Notes under the pieces: generated by a model
Seen by the model: the letters and a program-made list of their open reading frames with translations, nothing else
What the model was told of the DNA's origin: nothing
Database searches by the model: none
Program-made: the position numbers and the translations under genes
Assembly: GCA_965248925.1 (NCBI GenBank)
Contig: CBDFLE010000006.1
Location: 1,152,001 to 1,216,000 of the forward strand
From: Candidatus Multivoradales bacterium
Lineage (GTDB): Bacteria; Acidobacteriota; Thermoanaerobaculia; Multivoradales; J023
Reading direction: 5' to 3'
Length of the DNA: 64,000 bases
Shown: in pieces, positions 41,345-52,062 of the stretch
How the letters are laid out: the number at the start of each line of letters is the position of its first letter
Numbering within the stretch: position 1 is the first letter of the stretch

Positions 41345-44221
41345 ATGAAGCAGCGCTTCTCATTTTTGATTCTCCTAGCCATCGCCATCTTGCTGATCGT
41401 CGGCTGCTCGGTAGCAGCAAACGCTCCCCGGACAACCCCGGCCGCCCCGGCACAGCTCGATCTCGATGCGCCCCTGCCCATCGACACTTCGCTGACCCGC
41501 GGCCGGCTGGCCAATGGCCTGACTTACTATTTGCGCGCTAGTGCCGAGCCCCGCGACCGGGCACAGATCTGGCTAGCGATCAAGGCCGGGTCAGCGTTAG
41601 AAGACGACGACCAGCGGGGCCTGGCGCACTTCCTTGAGCACCTAGCCTTCAACGGCACCGGCCGCTTCGCCAAGCAGGAGCTGGTGTCCTACCTCGAAGA
41701 TCTCGGCATGCGCTTCGGCCCAGACCTCAACGCCTACACGGCGATGGACGAGACCGTCTTCACCTTGACCTTGCCCACCGACCGCCCCGAGGTGCTGGAG
41801 ACGGCCTTCGACATCCTCGAAGATTGGGCTACGGCGATCACTTTCGATAGCGCGGAGATCGACAAAGAACGCGGCGTGGTGGTCGAAGAATGGCGCCTCG
41901 GCCGCGGCGCTGACGCCCGCCTGCGCGATCAACAGCTACCCCTGCTGCTGCACGGTTCGCGCTATGCCGAGCGGCTGCCGATCGGCCTTAAAGAGATCAT
42001 CGAGAACGCCCCAAAAGAGGCTATTGAGCGCTTCTATGCCGACTGGTACCGGCCCGATCTGATGGCGGTGATTGCGGTTGGCGACTTTGATGTTGAACGC
42101 ATCGAAGGGCTGTTGCGGCAACGCTTCGGCTCGATCAGGGGCCCGGCCGAGCCGCGCCCGCGACCCACTTTCTCGGTGCCCGAGCACCAGGAATCGCTGG
42201 TCTCCGTGCTGACCGACCCGGAACTCACCAGCACCAGCTTCAGCGTCTACTACAAGCATCCGCAAGCTGAACAGAACACCGCCCGAGCCTACCGTCAGTC
42301 GATCGTCGAGGGGATTTACCACAGCATGCTCAACGCCCGCTTGGCCGAGATAGGTCAGGGCGCAGACCCGCCGTTCCTTTTTGCCGGCTCCTCAGACAGC
42401 TCATTGGTGCGTACCGCCGACGCCTACGTGCAAAGTGCTGGGGTAGAAACCGGTGGCATCCTCGAAGGACTTGAGGCCTTACTTCTCGAAGCCCGCAGAG
42501 TGCGCCGCCACGGCTTTACCGCTGGCGAGCTGGAGCGCACCCGCAAGAACATTCTGCGCGGTTACGAACGCGCCTGGGAGGAGCGCGAGACCCGCAAGTC
42601 GAGATCCTTCGCTAGTGAGTACTTGCGCAACTTCCTGGTCGACGAATCGATCCCCGGCATCGCCCTAGAACTCGAGCTGGCGCAGCGCTTCTTGCCCGAG
42701 ATCTCGCTCGAGGAGATCAACGCGCTGGCCGGCCGCTGGATCAGCGAGCACAACCGGGTCATCCTGGTCAAAGCACCCGAGAAGGACGCCGCCAGCCTGC
42801 CCTCCGAAGCTCAGCTGCTGGCCACCTTTGACCGCGTCGCTGCCCTCGACGACCCACAGCCCTGGGTCGATCACGTGCTCGACGCACCGCTACTGGCCAG
42901 CGCACCCACGCCGGGAAAGGTGATCGCCGAAACCACCATCGAAGAACTCGGCCTCACCGAATGGCGGCTGGCCAATGGCGTCCGAGTAGTGCTCAAGCCC
43001 ACCGATTTCAAAAAAGACCAGGTGTTGCTAGCGGGCTGGAGTCCCGGCGGCCATTCCTTGGTCGAGGACTCGCGCCATGTTTCAGCGGTGTTTGCCGACT
43101 CTCTGGTCGGCGAAGGCGGGCTCGGCGAGTTTGGGCCGGTCGAGCTGCAGAAAGCCATGGCGGGCAAGGCGGTGGGGGTATCGGCCTTCATTAGCGAACT
43201 CGAAGAAGGGGTTCAGGGCGGCGCCTCGCCCCAAGATCTTGAGACCCTGATGCAGCTGGTTTATCTACACTTCACCGCCCCGCGCACCGACGACGACGCC
43301 TATGCCGCTTACCGCGCTCGGCTCGACACCTTCGTCGCCAACCGGCTAGCCAATCCAGCGGCGGTATTCCAGGACGAGATGCGCCGCGTACTCTCCAAAG
43401 GGCATCCGCGGCGGCGCCCTCTGAGCACCGAGATGCTGAGCGAACTCGACCTGCAAACTTCCCTTGAGATCTACCGTGAGCGCTTCGCCGACGCCGCCGA
43501 CTTTACCTTCGCCATCGTCGGCACTTTCGACCCCGCCACGATACGCCCGCTGGTCGAGACCTACCTCGGTGGCCTACCCTCCCAGGGGCGGCAAGAGAAC
43601 TGGCGAGATATCGGTGTAAAGCGCCCAGACGGCCGCGAAAAGATAGTCGTCGAACGCGGCCTAGAGCCTCAGAGCCAGGTGCGGATCAACTGGTTCGGCG
43701 ACGCCCCCTGGAGTCGCCAGGAGCATCACCTGCTGATCACCTTCAGCAGCGCCCTGGGCAATCGCTTGCGCGAGGTGCTGCGCGAAGATCTTGGCGGCAC
43801 TTACGGCGTCTCCGTCGGCGGTCAATTGAGCCGGCGACCTCGCTCGACCTACGGTTTTCAGATTGGTTTTGGCTGTTCTCCGGAAAACGTCGACGAACTC
43901 ACCGAGGCGGTTTTCGCCGAGATTCGCCGAGTCCGCGCCGAAGGTCTCGACCCGAAGTACCTGGAAAAAGCCAAAGAAGCCCAACGCCGCCGCCGCGAAA
44001 CCCAGCTGCGGGAAAACGGCTTTTGGCTAGCGGCCCTCAGAACCTACCTGACCTTCGACACCGACCCGCGGCTGCTGCTGCGCTACGACGAACTGGTCGA
44101 TGGCGTCACCAACCAAGACCTGCAGCAAGCCGCTGAGCGCTATCTGTCGCTCGATCACTACGTGCTGGGAGTCCTGCTGCCCGAGGCCAGCGCAGAAAAA
44201 AGCACCGAGCCTGCTTCTTGA
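41345..44221 (+). CDS. pqqL: M16B zinc protease (PqqL-like) lipoprotein
   Basis: Lipobox IVGC; HFLEHLAFNG, NAYT, ERGVVVEE, WYRPD, LRE..YGV. Confidence 0.92.
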   Translation: MKQRFSFLILLAIAILLIVGCSVAANAPRTTPAAPAQLDLDAPLPIDTSLTRGRLANGLTYYLRASAEPRDRAQIWLAIKAGSALEDDDQRGLAHFLEHLAFNGTGRFAKQELVSYLEDLGMRFGPDLNAYTAMDETVFTLTLPTDRPEVLETAFDILEDWATAITFDSAEIDKERGVVVEEWRLGRGADARLRDQQLPLLLHGSRYAERLPIGLKEIIENAPKEAIERFYADWYRPDLMAVIAVGDFDVERIEGLLRQRFGSIRGPAEPRPRPTFSVPEHQESLVSVLTDPELTSTSFSVYYKHPQAEQNTARAYRQSIVEGIYHSMLNARLAEIGQGADPPFLFAGSSDSSLVRTADAYVQSAGVETGGILEGLEALLLEARRVRRHGFTAGELERTRKNILRGYERAWEERETRKSRSFASEYLRNFLVDESIPGIALELELAQRFLPEISLEEINALAGRWISEHNRVILVKAPEKDAASLPSEAQLLATFDRVAALDDPQPWVDHVLDAPLLASAPTPGKVIAETTIEELGLTEWRLANGVRVVLKPTDFKKDQVLLAGWSPGGHSLVEDSRHVSAVFADSLVGEGGLGEFGPVELQKAMAGKAVGVSAFISELEEGVQGGASPQDLETLMQLVYLHFTAPRTDDDAYAAYRARLDTFVANRLANPAAVFQDEMRRVLSKGHPRRRPLSTEMLSELDLQTSLEIYRERFADAADFTFAIVGTFDPATIRPLVETYLGGLPSQGRQENWRDIGVKRPDGREKIVVERGLEPQSQVRINWFGDAPWSRQEHHLLITFSSALGNRLREVLREDLGGTYGVSVGGQLSRRPRSTYGFQIGFGCSPENVDELTEAVFAEIRRVRAEGLDPKYLEKAKEAQRRRRETQLRENGFWLAALRTYLTFDTDPRLLLRYDELVDGVTNQDLQQAAERYLSLDHYVLGVLLPEASAEKSTEPAS

Positions 44222-44272
44222 GCTACCGTTCGCTGGCTCCCTTGCCGTAACGTGGTCCAGCGTAGTAGATTG

Positions 44273-44303
44273 AGGCGTACGCTTTCTGACTGGGCGTACG
44301 CCT
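44273..44303. promoter_or_regulatory. Paired GCGTACGC palindromes, likely TA operator
   Basis: GCGTACGC at 44275 and 44294, just upstream of the Phd-like gene. Confidence 0.6.
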
Positions 44304-44321
44304 GCGATCGAAGGGGAACTC

Positions 44322-44558
44322 ATGAAGCACCCCGTCAACGCCACTCAGCTACGCAAGGATGTTTATCGCATCCTCGATCAGGTGCTCGAAACCGGAGAGC
44401 CCTGCGAAGTGATCCGCCGAGGCCGCAGGTTACAGATTGTCTCCCTGGATCCACCGAGACGAAAGCTGGACAGCTTGCCGCGGCGCGAGATCCTGAACGG
44501 CAGCTTTGACGAGTTGGTGAACAATTCCTGGGCCGATGCTTGGGACAAGGCCCAGTGA
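44322..44558 (+). CDS. Phd/YefM-family antitoxin
   Basis: NATQLRKDVYRILDQVLETGEP..IRRG. Confidence 0.85.
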   Translation: MKHPVNATQLRKDVYRILDQVLETGEPCEVIRRGRRLQIVSLDPPRRKLDSLPRREILNGSFDELVNNSWADAWDKAQ

Positions 44559-44587
44559 AAGCCTTCCTCGACACCCACGCCGCTGCG
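44555..44587 (+). pseudogene. Truncated VapC/PIN toxin (first ~10 codons only)
   Basis: GTGA overlap with the antitoxin stop; MKAFLDTHAA PIN start, then cut by a repeat copy. Confidence 0.7.
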
Positions 44588-44589
44588 GA

Positions 44590-45062
44590 AATAGGTGCCA
44601 GGCACATTATGAAGCCGGCCCGCTAGAGTTACCAAGCAGTATTCATGCCAAACAGAATCCTCTGGTTTCAAACCACGAGATCCTCGTGTAAGGTGAGTCT
44701 CCAGGCGCAAATGACCGTGCTCATAGATCGGTACTCGCTCCCCACCAAGCCGATCTGATGCTCAAACACTGAGCACCAGATGCGCAGACCCTGAGCATGC
44801 CGCTGTTGTTCGCCAGAAATAGGTGCCAGGCACATTATGCTGGCCGTCGCAGGTCGACCGGCCGGTCATCGATTGGCTGCAGAAATAGGTGCCAGGCACA
44901 TTATGTGGGAGAAATAGGGGCCAGGCACATTATGTGGGCGCTACGCTGCGGGCAATAGGTGCCAGGCACATTATGCTGCGGTAAGGCAACCCCTCCCCGG
45001 CGCTGAAAATAGGTGCCAGGCACATTATATGGGCACTGAAAATAGGTGCCAGGCACATTATA
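44590..45062 (+). repeat. Cluster of 7 co-oriented 22-bp REP-like repeats AATAGGTGCCAGGCACATTATG
   Basis: Copies at 44590, 44818, 44884, 44913, 44954, 45008, 45041; irregular spacing; GTGCC-A-GGCAC core palindrome. Confidence 0.9.
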
Positions 45063-45130
45063 TGGCAGCGGCCGATGCCCGTCGCAGGTCGACCGGCCGG
45101 TCATCGATTGGCCGGCCGGGAGTTCAACAC

Positions 45131-45511
45131 CTATCGACGCGCCAGGCGCAGCGGGCGCCAGACTAGGAAAGCCAGCCCCGTCGACCAGGCCAGGCAGGCG
45201 GCGGCGGCGAGCAGGAACACCGGCAGGGAGCTGGCTGAGGAGGGCCACGGCGCGGCTACGAGGATCCAGATCGAAGCGACGATCACCAGCAACCCATAGG
45301 TCAGTAGCAGGCCGATCAGTCGCCGCTGGCGAGCCTTGGCGCACTGCCGGTCTCGCTGCGCTCGCAGACCGGCTTGCAAGCGGCGGTCGAAGGTCGGCAA
45401 CAGCTCGGGAGAGCGGGCGGGATCGAAGAGCGCCCGCAGCTGGGTGTCGACGCGAGCCTCGGGAGTTGCGGCGCTGGCTTGCCGGGAGCGTTTCTCAAGT
45501 GTGGCGGTCAT
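45131..45511 (-). CDS. Putative anti-sigma membrane protein
   Basis: Overlaps the ECF stop; soluble N-terminus plus 2 TM segments. Confidence 0.65.
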   Translation of the reverse strand: MTATLEKRSRQASAATPEARVDTQLRALFDPARSPELLPTFDRRLQAGLRAQRDRQCAKARQRRLIGLLLTYGLLVIVASIWILVAAPWPSSASSLPVFLLAAAACLAWSTGLAFLVWRPLRLARR

Positions 45512-46119
45512 AGCGTTCCCTCGTCGAACATCTCGCCACCCAGCAGCCGGCCGAGCTTGCGCCGCGCCCGGTGGAGCAGGGACTTGACGGTGCCCGGCCG
45601 GCGGTCGAGGAGGATCGCGATATCGTCGACCGTCTCGCCGAGCCAGTAGTGAAGGTAGATCGCCGAGCGCTGGGCTTCGCCGAGGGCCTCGACGGCGGCG
45701 TAAAGTCGGATCCGCTGCTCGATCGGCAGGTTGCCGGCGCCTTCGTCGGTCGGCAGCACAGCCAGCACCTCGTCGTTGGTGTGGGGGTAGCGGAAGCGGG
45801 CGCGGCGGCGAAAGTCGATCGCTTTGCGGTACGCGATGCGATATAGTCAGGTGGAGAACCGGCTCTCCGAACGGAAGATGTCGAGGCGCTGAAAGACTTT
45901 CAGAAAAACCTCCTGGGCGACGTCTTCGGCTTCTACCGAGCAAGCCGGCCCGAGGATCGACAGGGCCAGCCGAAAAACCCGGCCACGGTATCTTTCGACC
46001 AGTGTCGCGAAGGCCTCTTGATAGGCCGAGGCGTCGGCCCGGGGGCCGCGCAGAGTCCGCAACAGGTCACGGCTGGCGGCGTTCTCGCCAGCGGCAGGCC
46101 AGCGGCCGGGCCTGGTCAT
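45508..46119 (-). pseudogene. ECF sigma-70 factor with in-frame TGA at a conserved Trp
   Basis: AEDVAQEVFLKV..FST*LYRIAYRKAID..GTVKSLLHRAR; TGA at 45847-45849. Confidence 0.85.
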
Positions 46120-46136
46120 GCTATCGACACCGGTCA

Positions 46137-46583
46137 CTAGGTGTCGGTCGCCGTGGGGCGCTTGGCATGGATAGGCCGCGGCTGCCAATAGGCGCTCAAC
46201 ACGACGTAGAGCAACAGGCCGACGCCGATCAGGATGGGGATCAGTCCAAGAGACCAGACGGAGTTCAGGCTCTCCCTGGGTGAGATGATCAGGCCGGCCA
46301 GGATGCCGGCCCCTCCGAACAGAAAAACCAGACCGGTCACCAGGCTGAAGCTCCTCATTCGCAGTAGTTGGTGGTCGGGCGAGTCAGCCGTCGATAAGGT
46401 GGGTGCTTGCATGGTTCTCAGAACCTCCTGGACTAGCTCAGGGTGTTTGTGGAGTGCCGCGAGGCGTTCTTCGTGCGCCATCTGGCGAAGCTTGAATCGA
46501 AGGTGTGACCGGTGGGCCAACCAGGCGATCAACACCGCCCCGAGGCCGAAGACGCCGAGGATCAAGGTTTGCCAAGGAATCAT
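46137..46583 (-). CDS. DUF6249-like membrane protein
   Basis: AHEERLAAL, GLIPILIGVGLL; typical position upstream of an ECF gene. Confidence 0.7.
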   Translation of the reverse strand: MIPWQTLILGVFGLGAVLIAWLAHRSHLRFKLRQMAHEERLAALHKHPELVQEVLRTMQAPTLSTADSPDHQLLRMRSFSLVTGLVFLFGGAGILAGLIISPRESLNSVWSLGLIPILIGVGLLLYVVLSAYWQPRPIHAKRPTATDT

Positions 46584-46619
46584 GATCGCTGTGCTCCGTT
46601 GCCGTTCATTCACCCTTTC

Positions 46620-46646
46620 GACGGCGAGTAGCCGAATTCGGTTGCA
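46620..46646 (-). promoter_or_regulatory. Putative ECF-dependent promoter
   Basis: TGCAAC-N17-CGTC upstream of the DUF6249-ECF-anti-sigma operon. Confidence 0.55.
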
Positions 46647-46881
46647 TGCCTGCTCGACCCGGCAGCAATCCGCGGGCCGTGGCAAGAGAGGCGGGACAGA
46701 AGACCGCTGAGCTCACTTGGTGTCGAAACGACCTCGGCCGACGCGAAGCTCCGCCGAGGTCAGTGGGCGGTCGACGTAGGCTAGCGAGTCGCTGGCGGCG
46801 TCGAGCAGCCAGACTCCGAGGGTGGTTCCCTAGACCTCTCGCGGTACGGCGGTCAGCAGGTGGGGTTCGGAGGTATCCGGA

Positions 46882-46930
46882 AATAGGTGCCAGGTACATT
46901 ATGGCGGAAATAGGTGCCAGGTACATTATG
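46882..46930 (+). repeat. Two variant copies of the REP-like repeat (AATAGGTGCCAGGTACATTATG)
   Basis: Copies at 46882 and 46909. Confidence 0.9.
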
Positions 46931-46937
46931 GCGGAAG

Positions 46938-47200
46938 GGGCAGGAACGTCGCGAGTGGGCCTCGGCGGCCTTCCCTGAAAATCAGCCGGGGCGGCTCTCG
47001 CATTACCCTTTTCGAGGCCTGCTCAGCGTGCACTCACGTTTCGGCCTGCATGCTCGCCAAGTCGCCCGAGGCGACCCTCTGCACCAGAGGCTTCGACGGA
47101 TTCGTTACCGCCTCCGCCGCTCCGATTGCTACCGGCTGGAGCGACCAGCTGCCGGGTGGGATTCGCACCCACTGAGAATCACCGCCTTGGCACGGCGCAC
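46938..47200 (-). mobile_element. Group II intron 5' fragment (domain I only, no RT ORF)
   Basis: Minus strand starts GTGCGCCGTG..GTGGGTGCGAATCCCACCCGGC..GCTCCAGCCGGTAGCAATCGGAGC..GGTAACGA; truncation point approximate. Confidence 0.8.
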
Positions 47201-47213
47201 TGATCCTTGCGGG

Positions 47214-48341
47214 CTAGGACTCTCCGACCACCGAAGACCAAGCCGAGGTGTCTCCGGTCTCGAAATCATCGGCGAATACGTCCGGTATTACCTCAGGGGG
47301 TAGGACGGAATCGAGAAACAGCTTGTTGGTCGGATGAGAGAGCCGACTGTGCACGAAGAACTCACCCCAGGAGCCGCTGACGGTCGAATCAACATCGCTG
47401 GTGGTCGAGCCGGGCGGGTCGGCCGGCGGCTCGGTGAGGATAATGCCGAAGTCGTCTACCAAGCGTGTACCATAAGAGGCCACGCCGGCGATCTCAAAGC
47501 TGCCTCCTACCTCGTCGAAAAGAAAACCCGGCCCGCCGGAATCGCCAACACCCCCACAAACTTCGTCCGAGCCCAGGCCGAGCGGATCGTCATAAATGGG
47601 ATCGCCGCCCAGGGGGCTGGTGCCCACGGTGCCGAAAAAGACGCCAAAGGCATCGTTCAAGACAGACCCGTTATCGAAATCGACGGTCAGCTGGGCCTCG
47701 TTGTTAGTGATCAGCGGCGCTCCCAGAGCGCCCAAGCCTACGGCCTCCCAGCGGTTTAGGCCGAAGCGTTTGGTGCCGTCGGTTCCCGGCATGGCGCCGG
47801 TGCTGCCGTGGCCAGTCAATCCGTAGCCGACGATGACGATGAACGGGCTCGCGAGCTCCCCGGAACCCTCGTAGAGACCATAGCGTGGCACCTCAGGCGC
47901 GACAGCTTCCGAGAACTCGAGGATCGCCACGTCGTTGCCTTTCAAGACGTCGAGGTCATTGGCCAGGTAAACCGGATGGATATGGATCTGGCCGGCCGCT
48001 ACCGAGGCGACCGCAGAGACCGTCCCCCCGGCAAGCTCCCAGGTCACCTCGACAAAGGTGACGGAGAAACCGATGCCGTCACCGACGCAATGCCCGGCCA
48101 AGATGGCGAATCGTCCTTCGCCCCTTCGTAGCAGTGTCGCGGTGCAGGTGCCGACGAAGCCGTCGTCAAAATGGACACTGGCCTTACCGACGCCATCGTG
48201 ATCGAGGTCGAATACCGGAACACCAGGGGCCGTTTCATGGAGGGCGGGGACGTCCGAGACCACGACCGCAAGTAGCGGCAAGGGACTCACCGCCAATCCG
48301 ACAAACACCATCGACAGCCCGATCATCTGGAGTTTTTTCAT
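47214..48341 (-). CDS. Secreted trypsin-like (S1) serine protease with C-terminal FADDFETGDTSAWS motif
   Basis: Signal peptide; CTATLL..AGHC, NDVAIL, GDSGGP. Confidence 0.85.
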   Translation of the reverse strand: MKKLQMIGLSMVFVGLAVSPLPLLAVVVSDVPALHETAPGVPVFDLDHDGVGKASVHFDDGFVGTCTATLLRRGEGRFAILAGHCVGDGIGFSVTFVEVTWELAGGTVSAVASVAAGQIHIHPVYLANDLDVLKGNDVAILEFSEAVAPEVPRYGLYEGSGELASPFIVIVGYGLTGHGSTGAMPGTDGTKRFGLNRWEAVGLGALGAPLITNNEAQLTVDFDNGSVLNDAFGVFFGTVGTSPLGGDPIYDDPLGLGSDEVCGGVGDSGGPGFLFDEVGGSFEIAGVASYGTRLVDDFGIILTEPPADPPGSTTSDVDSTVSGSWGEFFVHSRLSHPTNKLFLDSVLPPEVIPDVFADDFETGDTSAWSSVVGES

Positions 48342-48571
48342 TACCTCAGCTCCTCGCTTCCTTCAAGGTCGTTCCCCGTCGATACCTACAGGCGGGATGA
48401 CAGGAAATCCTCGCCTACTGGGTATGTCTGATAGCCTCGATCCGTTACACCACCTTGGCGGTTGGCCTCCGTTTAGCTGGCGACTGGGGCCCTTGACAGG
48501 GCGTGGGTGAGAGCGCTCCTGCCAACCGCCGACCGGATGTCCGGAACACCTGGGGGACAACCGACGAGACC

Positions 48572-51500
48572 ATGAACCGACTCACTGAAGAGGTTCCCGA
48601 AGAAGCGTCTACGACCTGGGTCAGGGCCCGGGCTGTGGCGATCAGGATCCTCGGCCGAATCCGCCAACGGGGCCCAGTTCCGAGCCCTCTCGCCTCCGAG
48701 ATCAACTTGCTGAACGACGGCGAGATCGTCGCCGAGCGCTATCGCGTGCTGCGCCTGATCGAGCGCGGTGGTGTCGGTCAGGTATACCTGGTCGAAGATC
48801 TCGAGCTAGGTGAGAAGGTCGCCCTTAAGACCCTACGCCCGAGGTTCGCCGAGGCGCCTGAGGCGATCGAGAATTTCAGCGCGAGATTTCGTTCGCCCGG
48901 CGGGTGACTCATGAGAACGTCTGTCGGCTCTTCGATCTCGGTCGCCATCAGGCAGAGGACCCCGGTCACGAGAGCCTCTACTTCGTCACCATGGAGTTTC
49001 TCGCCGGCGAGACTCTGCGCGATCGGATTCGGCGCCGTGGCCGGCTCGAACTAGAGGAAAGTCTCGAGATTGCCAGCCAAGTCGCCCGCGGCATCCGTGC
49101 TGCCCACCGCCAAGGAGTGATCCACCGGGACATCAAGGGCAGCAATGTCCTGCTGGTCGAGCAGCCGGATGGCTCGACCCGTGCGGTGGTAACGGACTTC
49201 GGCCTGGCGCTTCAGGTTCCCAGCACCGTGGCGGGGGACACCGCGCCTCTACCCTCATGCCTCGAAGGCACTCCCCTGTTCATGGCTCCAGAGCAGGTGG
49301 TCGGAGAGGTCGTTAGCCAAGCCGCCGACATCTACTCCTTTGGGATTCTGCTCTATCACATGGTGACCGGGGGCTGGCCGTTCGAAGGCGCCACAGCGAT
49401 ATCGATGGCTCTAGCTCGTATCGAGCAGGAGCCGACGCCGCCGAGGCGTCACCTCGCGGATCTCGACCCAGGCCTCGAAGCGGTCATCCTGCGCTGTTTG
49501 GAGCGCCAGCCGAGCGCTCGCTTTCCATCGATGGAACATCTGTTAGGAGCGATCGAGCAGATCCTGCGCCCGCCAGAGGGGCAGCCGAAGGCGCGCCCGC
49601 GCGGGTGGCAGCGCTGGCCGGTTTGGGCGGCTTTCGGGATCCTGGTGCCGGCGGTGCTGGTATTGGGTTGGCTGGCATCGGGCCAGCAAGCAGAGTCGAA
49701 TGCCGTCACGGTCGAACCAGTAACAGTGCTGCCCACTGCCGAGGTGCGCCCGTCGTTGGCGATCGTCCCGTTCCGCGCTAAGGAGGAAGATCCATATCCC
49801 GAGGGGTTGGGCATTGCCCTCAGCGAGGGAATAGCCTCGTTGTTGGCCGCCGGTGAAGGTCTCCGGGTGATCAACGTCGACGACCGAGAGGAGCTGCGTA
49901 CCGAGCTGCCGCCCGTTTCTGGCTCGATCCAGGAGCTCGCCGAGATCGAGCAGATCGATGCGGCCTGGACGCTGCAGGGCAGCTTTCAGCTCCGTGGTTC
50001 TCAACTCCGCGGTACTGAATTCGGCAGTGCCGATCAGAATCTGATCTTGGCCCTCGATCTTCGTCTCGAAAGCCGTCAAGGGCAGCCAGTGGTGCACTCC
50101 TTTGCCTTGGCCGGCTCACTGGACCGCTTAGGCGAGATCATCGCTCAGGCGGGCGCTCGGGTCTGCCAAAAGTTGCGGCTGGCCTCTCCCACGGCGCTCC
50201 AGATAGAAAGTGCAAGTGTCGAGCTGCCCCATCAGACAGCGACAGCGCTGCTTTACGCTCAGGGCTTGGCGGCGCTCCGCGAGTTCGATGCGATAGCAGC
50301 CCGCGGCAAGCTCGAAGCTGCGCTCGAACAGGAGCCCGAACACCCGCTGATCCTGAACGCCTTGTCGGAAGTTCTGTCTCGCCTCGGCTACAGCCAGCAA
50401 TCAGCCCAGGTCGCCGAGCAGGCGTTTCGCCACGCCGGAGGTCTGTCGCGAGAGCAGCAGCTGGCGGTCGAAGCACGGTACCGCCTGAGGTTTGACGACT
50501 GGGGAAGAGCCGAAGAGCTCTTTCGTGCCCTGCACGAGTTCTTCCCCGACGATCTCGACTATGGCTTGAATCTCACGTCCGCCCAGGCCCGCGGTGCTCG
50601 CCTCGAGGCAGCCTTTGCCACCCTCGACAGGCTGCGGCACCTGCCGCAGCCCTGGGGGGCCGATCCGCGGCTGGATCTGGCCGAGGCCAAGATCGCGTAT
50701 TACAGCGGTGACTATCACCGCAGCCAACGATCCTCCGGGCGGGCTGTGACGGCTGCTCGCGGTTCCGGCCTGCGCCTGCTACTGGCCCGCGCTCTCGATC
50801 AGGAGGCCCTGACCAGGGTCTACACCGACAGTCCCGCGGGTCAGGTCGAGGCCCTACTCGAAGAGGCTCTCGCCCTTTATCGGCAGGTCGACCACAAGCT
50901 CGGCCAGACCGAGGCTTTGCTGACCCTGGGCGAACGTGCCAGGCAGCGGGGTGAGCTCGACCTAGCCTCGGCCTACATCCGTCAAGGGCTCGCGCTGGCC
51001 GAGGAGACCGGCAATCTGCCCTCGCAAGCGCGCGGCAAGTCCATACTCAGTATCCTCCACGACCTTCACGGGCAGCTAGCAGAAGGCCTCGCCCTCAAGA
51101 AACAGCTGCTCGAGAACTACCGCCAACGCAACGTCAGGCAAGGAGCGGCGGTCACGCTGGAGAATATCGGCATCTCGTTGTTCAAGATGGGGCGACCCGA
51201 GCAGGCTTTGGAGTACTTCCTGCAAGCGGCCGAGCAGTTCGATCAGATCGGCGACCAAATCGGAATGGCATGGGCGCCATACCATGCTGGACGGGTTTGG
51301 CTCGACCTGGGCGATCTCGAATCAGCCAGCAACCGTCTTGAGCAAGCACGCCAGGCTGCTGTCGAGCATTCTGAAGGGGGGCTCGTAGATGCCACCGAGT
51401 TGGAGCTGATCCGCATCGCCGCAGCGCGGAAAGATGAGGCGGCGGCCGAGCGCCGACCTCGGGCGCTGATCGAGGTGTTCAAGAGCCACGATCAGGCCTT

Positions 51501-52062
51501 GCTGGTCGCCGAGGCTCGCCTTCTCCTCGCCCAGATCTTGGCCAGCCGTGCCAAGTATTCTCAAGCCAGCAAGCTGGCCAGCGAAGTGCTGACTTTCTCC
51601 GATCTGGAAGGCATCGAGCACACCGCCGTGGAGGCACTGACGGTCGTAACCCAGGCGGGGCTCGCGGACCACAATGGTAGCCTGGGCGACTTGCCTACCC
51701 TGCTGAAAAAGTGCCACGCTCTAGAGGCGCGCCTCTCCGGCCTCGAGCACCGAAAGATCGTCTTGCTCGCCCAGGTCGTGGTGGCGCGATGCTCCCTGTC
51801 CGGCGGCAGCCCACCGGCCCAAGTAACTGCCGAAGCTCGCCGTATTGCCACCGAAGCCGGAACCCTGGGGCTTGCCGAACCGCGCCTCGAAGCGGCCTGT
51901 CTCGAAGCGGAAGTCCTCGCCTCCATGGACGCCTCCAGGGTCGGAACGGTGTCACCCTGCCCGGGTCTCGAGGCCAGCCCAGGAGTCGGTGCAGGGGTCG
52001 GTGGAGCAGCGGCTAGTGCGGCGAGCGATTCCTCGGATCGATTGGACGATGTCAAGAGATAG
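48572..52062 (+). pseudogene. Ser/Thr kinase - TM - TPR protein, split by a 1-nt deletion near 48878 (pseudogene or sequence error)
   Basis: GGVGQVY..VALK in frame 1; THENV..HRDIKGSN..DFG..FMAPE in the next frame; adding one base restores F-x-REISFARRVTHEN. Confidence 0.8.

Noticed and set aside
44590-45062. CRISPR array
   Set aside because: Spacers range from about 7 to about 205 bp, one duplicates flanking DNA, and no cas genes are in the window
45847-45849. Genome-wide TGA recoding or selenocysteine
   Set aside because: TGA terminates many ordinary genes in this window, and the position is a conserved Trp, not Cys
46914-47303. 129-aa ORF
   Set aside because: Antisense reading of the group II intron RNA fragment
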